This document shows positions 33,040 through 34,326 of a DNA stretch of 34,326 nucleotides, in pieces. The stretch's first letter is position 1. Every line of letters starts with the position of its first letter. The notes under the pieces were generated by a model that was not told the origin of the DNA, did not search any database, and saw only the letters and a program-made list of their open reading frames with translations. Source of the stretch: Nemertoderma westbladi (taxonomy: Eukaryota; Animalia; Xenacoelomorpha); assembly GCA_032718475.1 (NCBI GenBank), contig JAUCBJ010004082.1, positions 1-34,326 on the forward strand, given 5' to 3'. Position numbers and translations under genes: made by a program.

Positions 33040-34326
33040 TAATTATCTAGGTTAAGGCACTTCCTGCCTGGCGATTTTGATAAAATTTTGCAAGTACATT
33101 GCTTTGGTGGTTCATAATCGCGTTACAAAATTTCAGATCGATTCTATGTGTGGTATTCGATATATTTAGTTTTTTGACATTGTTTTGTCGCGAAATTAAA
33201 AGCAATGGTAAAATAACAGCTGGTGTTCATGATGAAATATGGCTTAATATGTTATACACAGTCATAGAAAAACGTGTTGGTTGCCAAGTTTTAATAGTAG
33301 GCTATAAGGAAAGGCAATGTTTACTCACACATAAGCTGTTGGTTTCTAATGTATTACCCCATAAGCTGATTGCTCTCCCAGTGCTTCCTAAGGATATATC
33401 TACAATAAGGTTACTCACTCTGCTATGTTAGGGGGTGGATCAGGAGAATGAATTTTAGTTACACAAAGCAGTGTGTTGTGTCCTATTGCAGTCGATACTC
33501 ACTGTGGATTGCAAAATGTTTTATAGTTAGTTTACCTACACTATAATACAGTAGTTGCATGTATTTAAGGAGCCCACTCTGGCCTACCGCCTAAGGAGTA
33601 CCTATATTACATATTCACATAGAATTCACTGGGAAGAGATATTCCGCTTGACGACGGGGTAATACCTATAGAAGGAAACTAAATTTGTTATTTGGCTCTA
33701 TTCGTTGTTATTTATCTGGTTGTGCATCATGGGCATTTTTTATAAATATTCGGTAATCGCATCTTATATCTTGTAAACGTTCTTGATAATGAAATTATTT
33801 GCTTCATATTATATTTTTGTTAGTGGTAGCTAAGTTGCATTTTTTATTATGTGGGGCGAGCCACAAAGTCAGCTAGCCTCACGCCTTGCAGTTTAGACAA
33901 TTTTAGTTTACTTACTGCTGACTGACATAGTTCTTTGTAATAGTCTTGGCTAGGATTTTTCCCCCGGGCTCCTTCCAGCCAGCTTGCTGGCTTTCTAGTT
34001 AAATAAAGATAAATTCCTACTTGACAAAAAGTAATAAATCAAAAATACGTTCCAAAAAAACAATGGATGACTCCACATTTAGTTAAATGCGTAATTAAAA
34101 AAAAATAAGTTATTGGCTTCCCTTATGGCAAAAACCGATGATCAAAAACAGGCTGAATACAAAGCTTACAGGAATCAAACATAATTCATTCGGTGTCTGG
34201 ACCCTAACCGAAACTAGCACCTTCACCATTCTTATGTACATATAATTAATTATATTACTATTATTAGACAACCAATTCATGAGAAATTGATGAGACTAAA
34301 CAAGCCTCAAATTATGTATCACTGCA

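Noticed and set aside
32607-34326. Upstream host exons and ORF 33099-33431
   Set aside because: Donor-like sites at 32769 and 33418 do not yield an open phase-1 exon; the ORF has no recognisable features.

Overview
AT-rich eukaryotic (invertebrate-animal-like) genomic DNA dominated by transposable elements; no prokaryotic genes, rRNA or CRISPR. A minus-strand host gene encoding a discoidin/F5-8C-like (galactose-binding fold) domain is split over exons at 32606-32438, 10690-10559 and 10279-10149. Its intron 32437-10691 was inflated from about 160 nt to 21.7 kb by nested insertions whose target-site duplications (TSDs) are still readable. The outermost is a hAT element (10824-32402, TSD TTCAAGCA). 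It contains an old decayed BEL/Pao LTR retrotransposon (11254-30628, TSD AAACT), which holds a TTAA piggyBac-like element with a ~162-bp internal array (16336-17714) and a very young antisense BEL/Pao element (17771-29945, TSD ATACC, 1169-bp near-identical LTRs). The young element is the most unusual object in the window. It has no tRNA primer-binding site (PBS); instead an 18-nt sequence abutting the 5' LTR is perfectly complementary to a site inside its own LTR, which suggests Tf1-like self-priming. It keeps gag and protease but lacks RT, most of RNase H and the integrase core, and it carries a decayed accessory gene with a Cys/His cluster and a SOCS-box-like motif at the env position. The first 10 kb contain a MULE transposase remnant, a LINE fragment, a 21-bp minisatellite, a foldback-like TIR element containing a tRNA-derived SINE, and an RTE-like LINE inside a hAT-type MITE.
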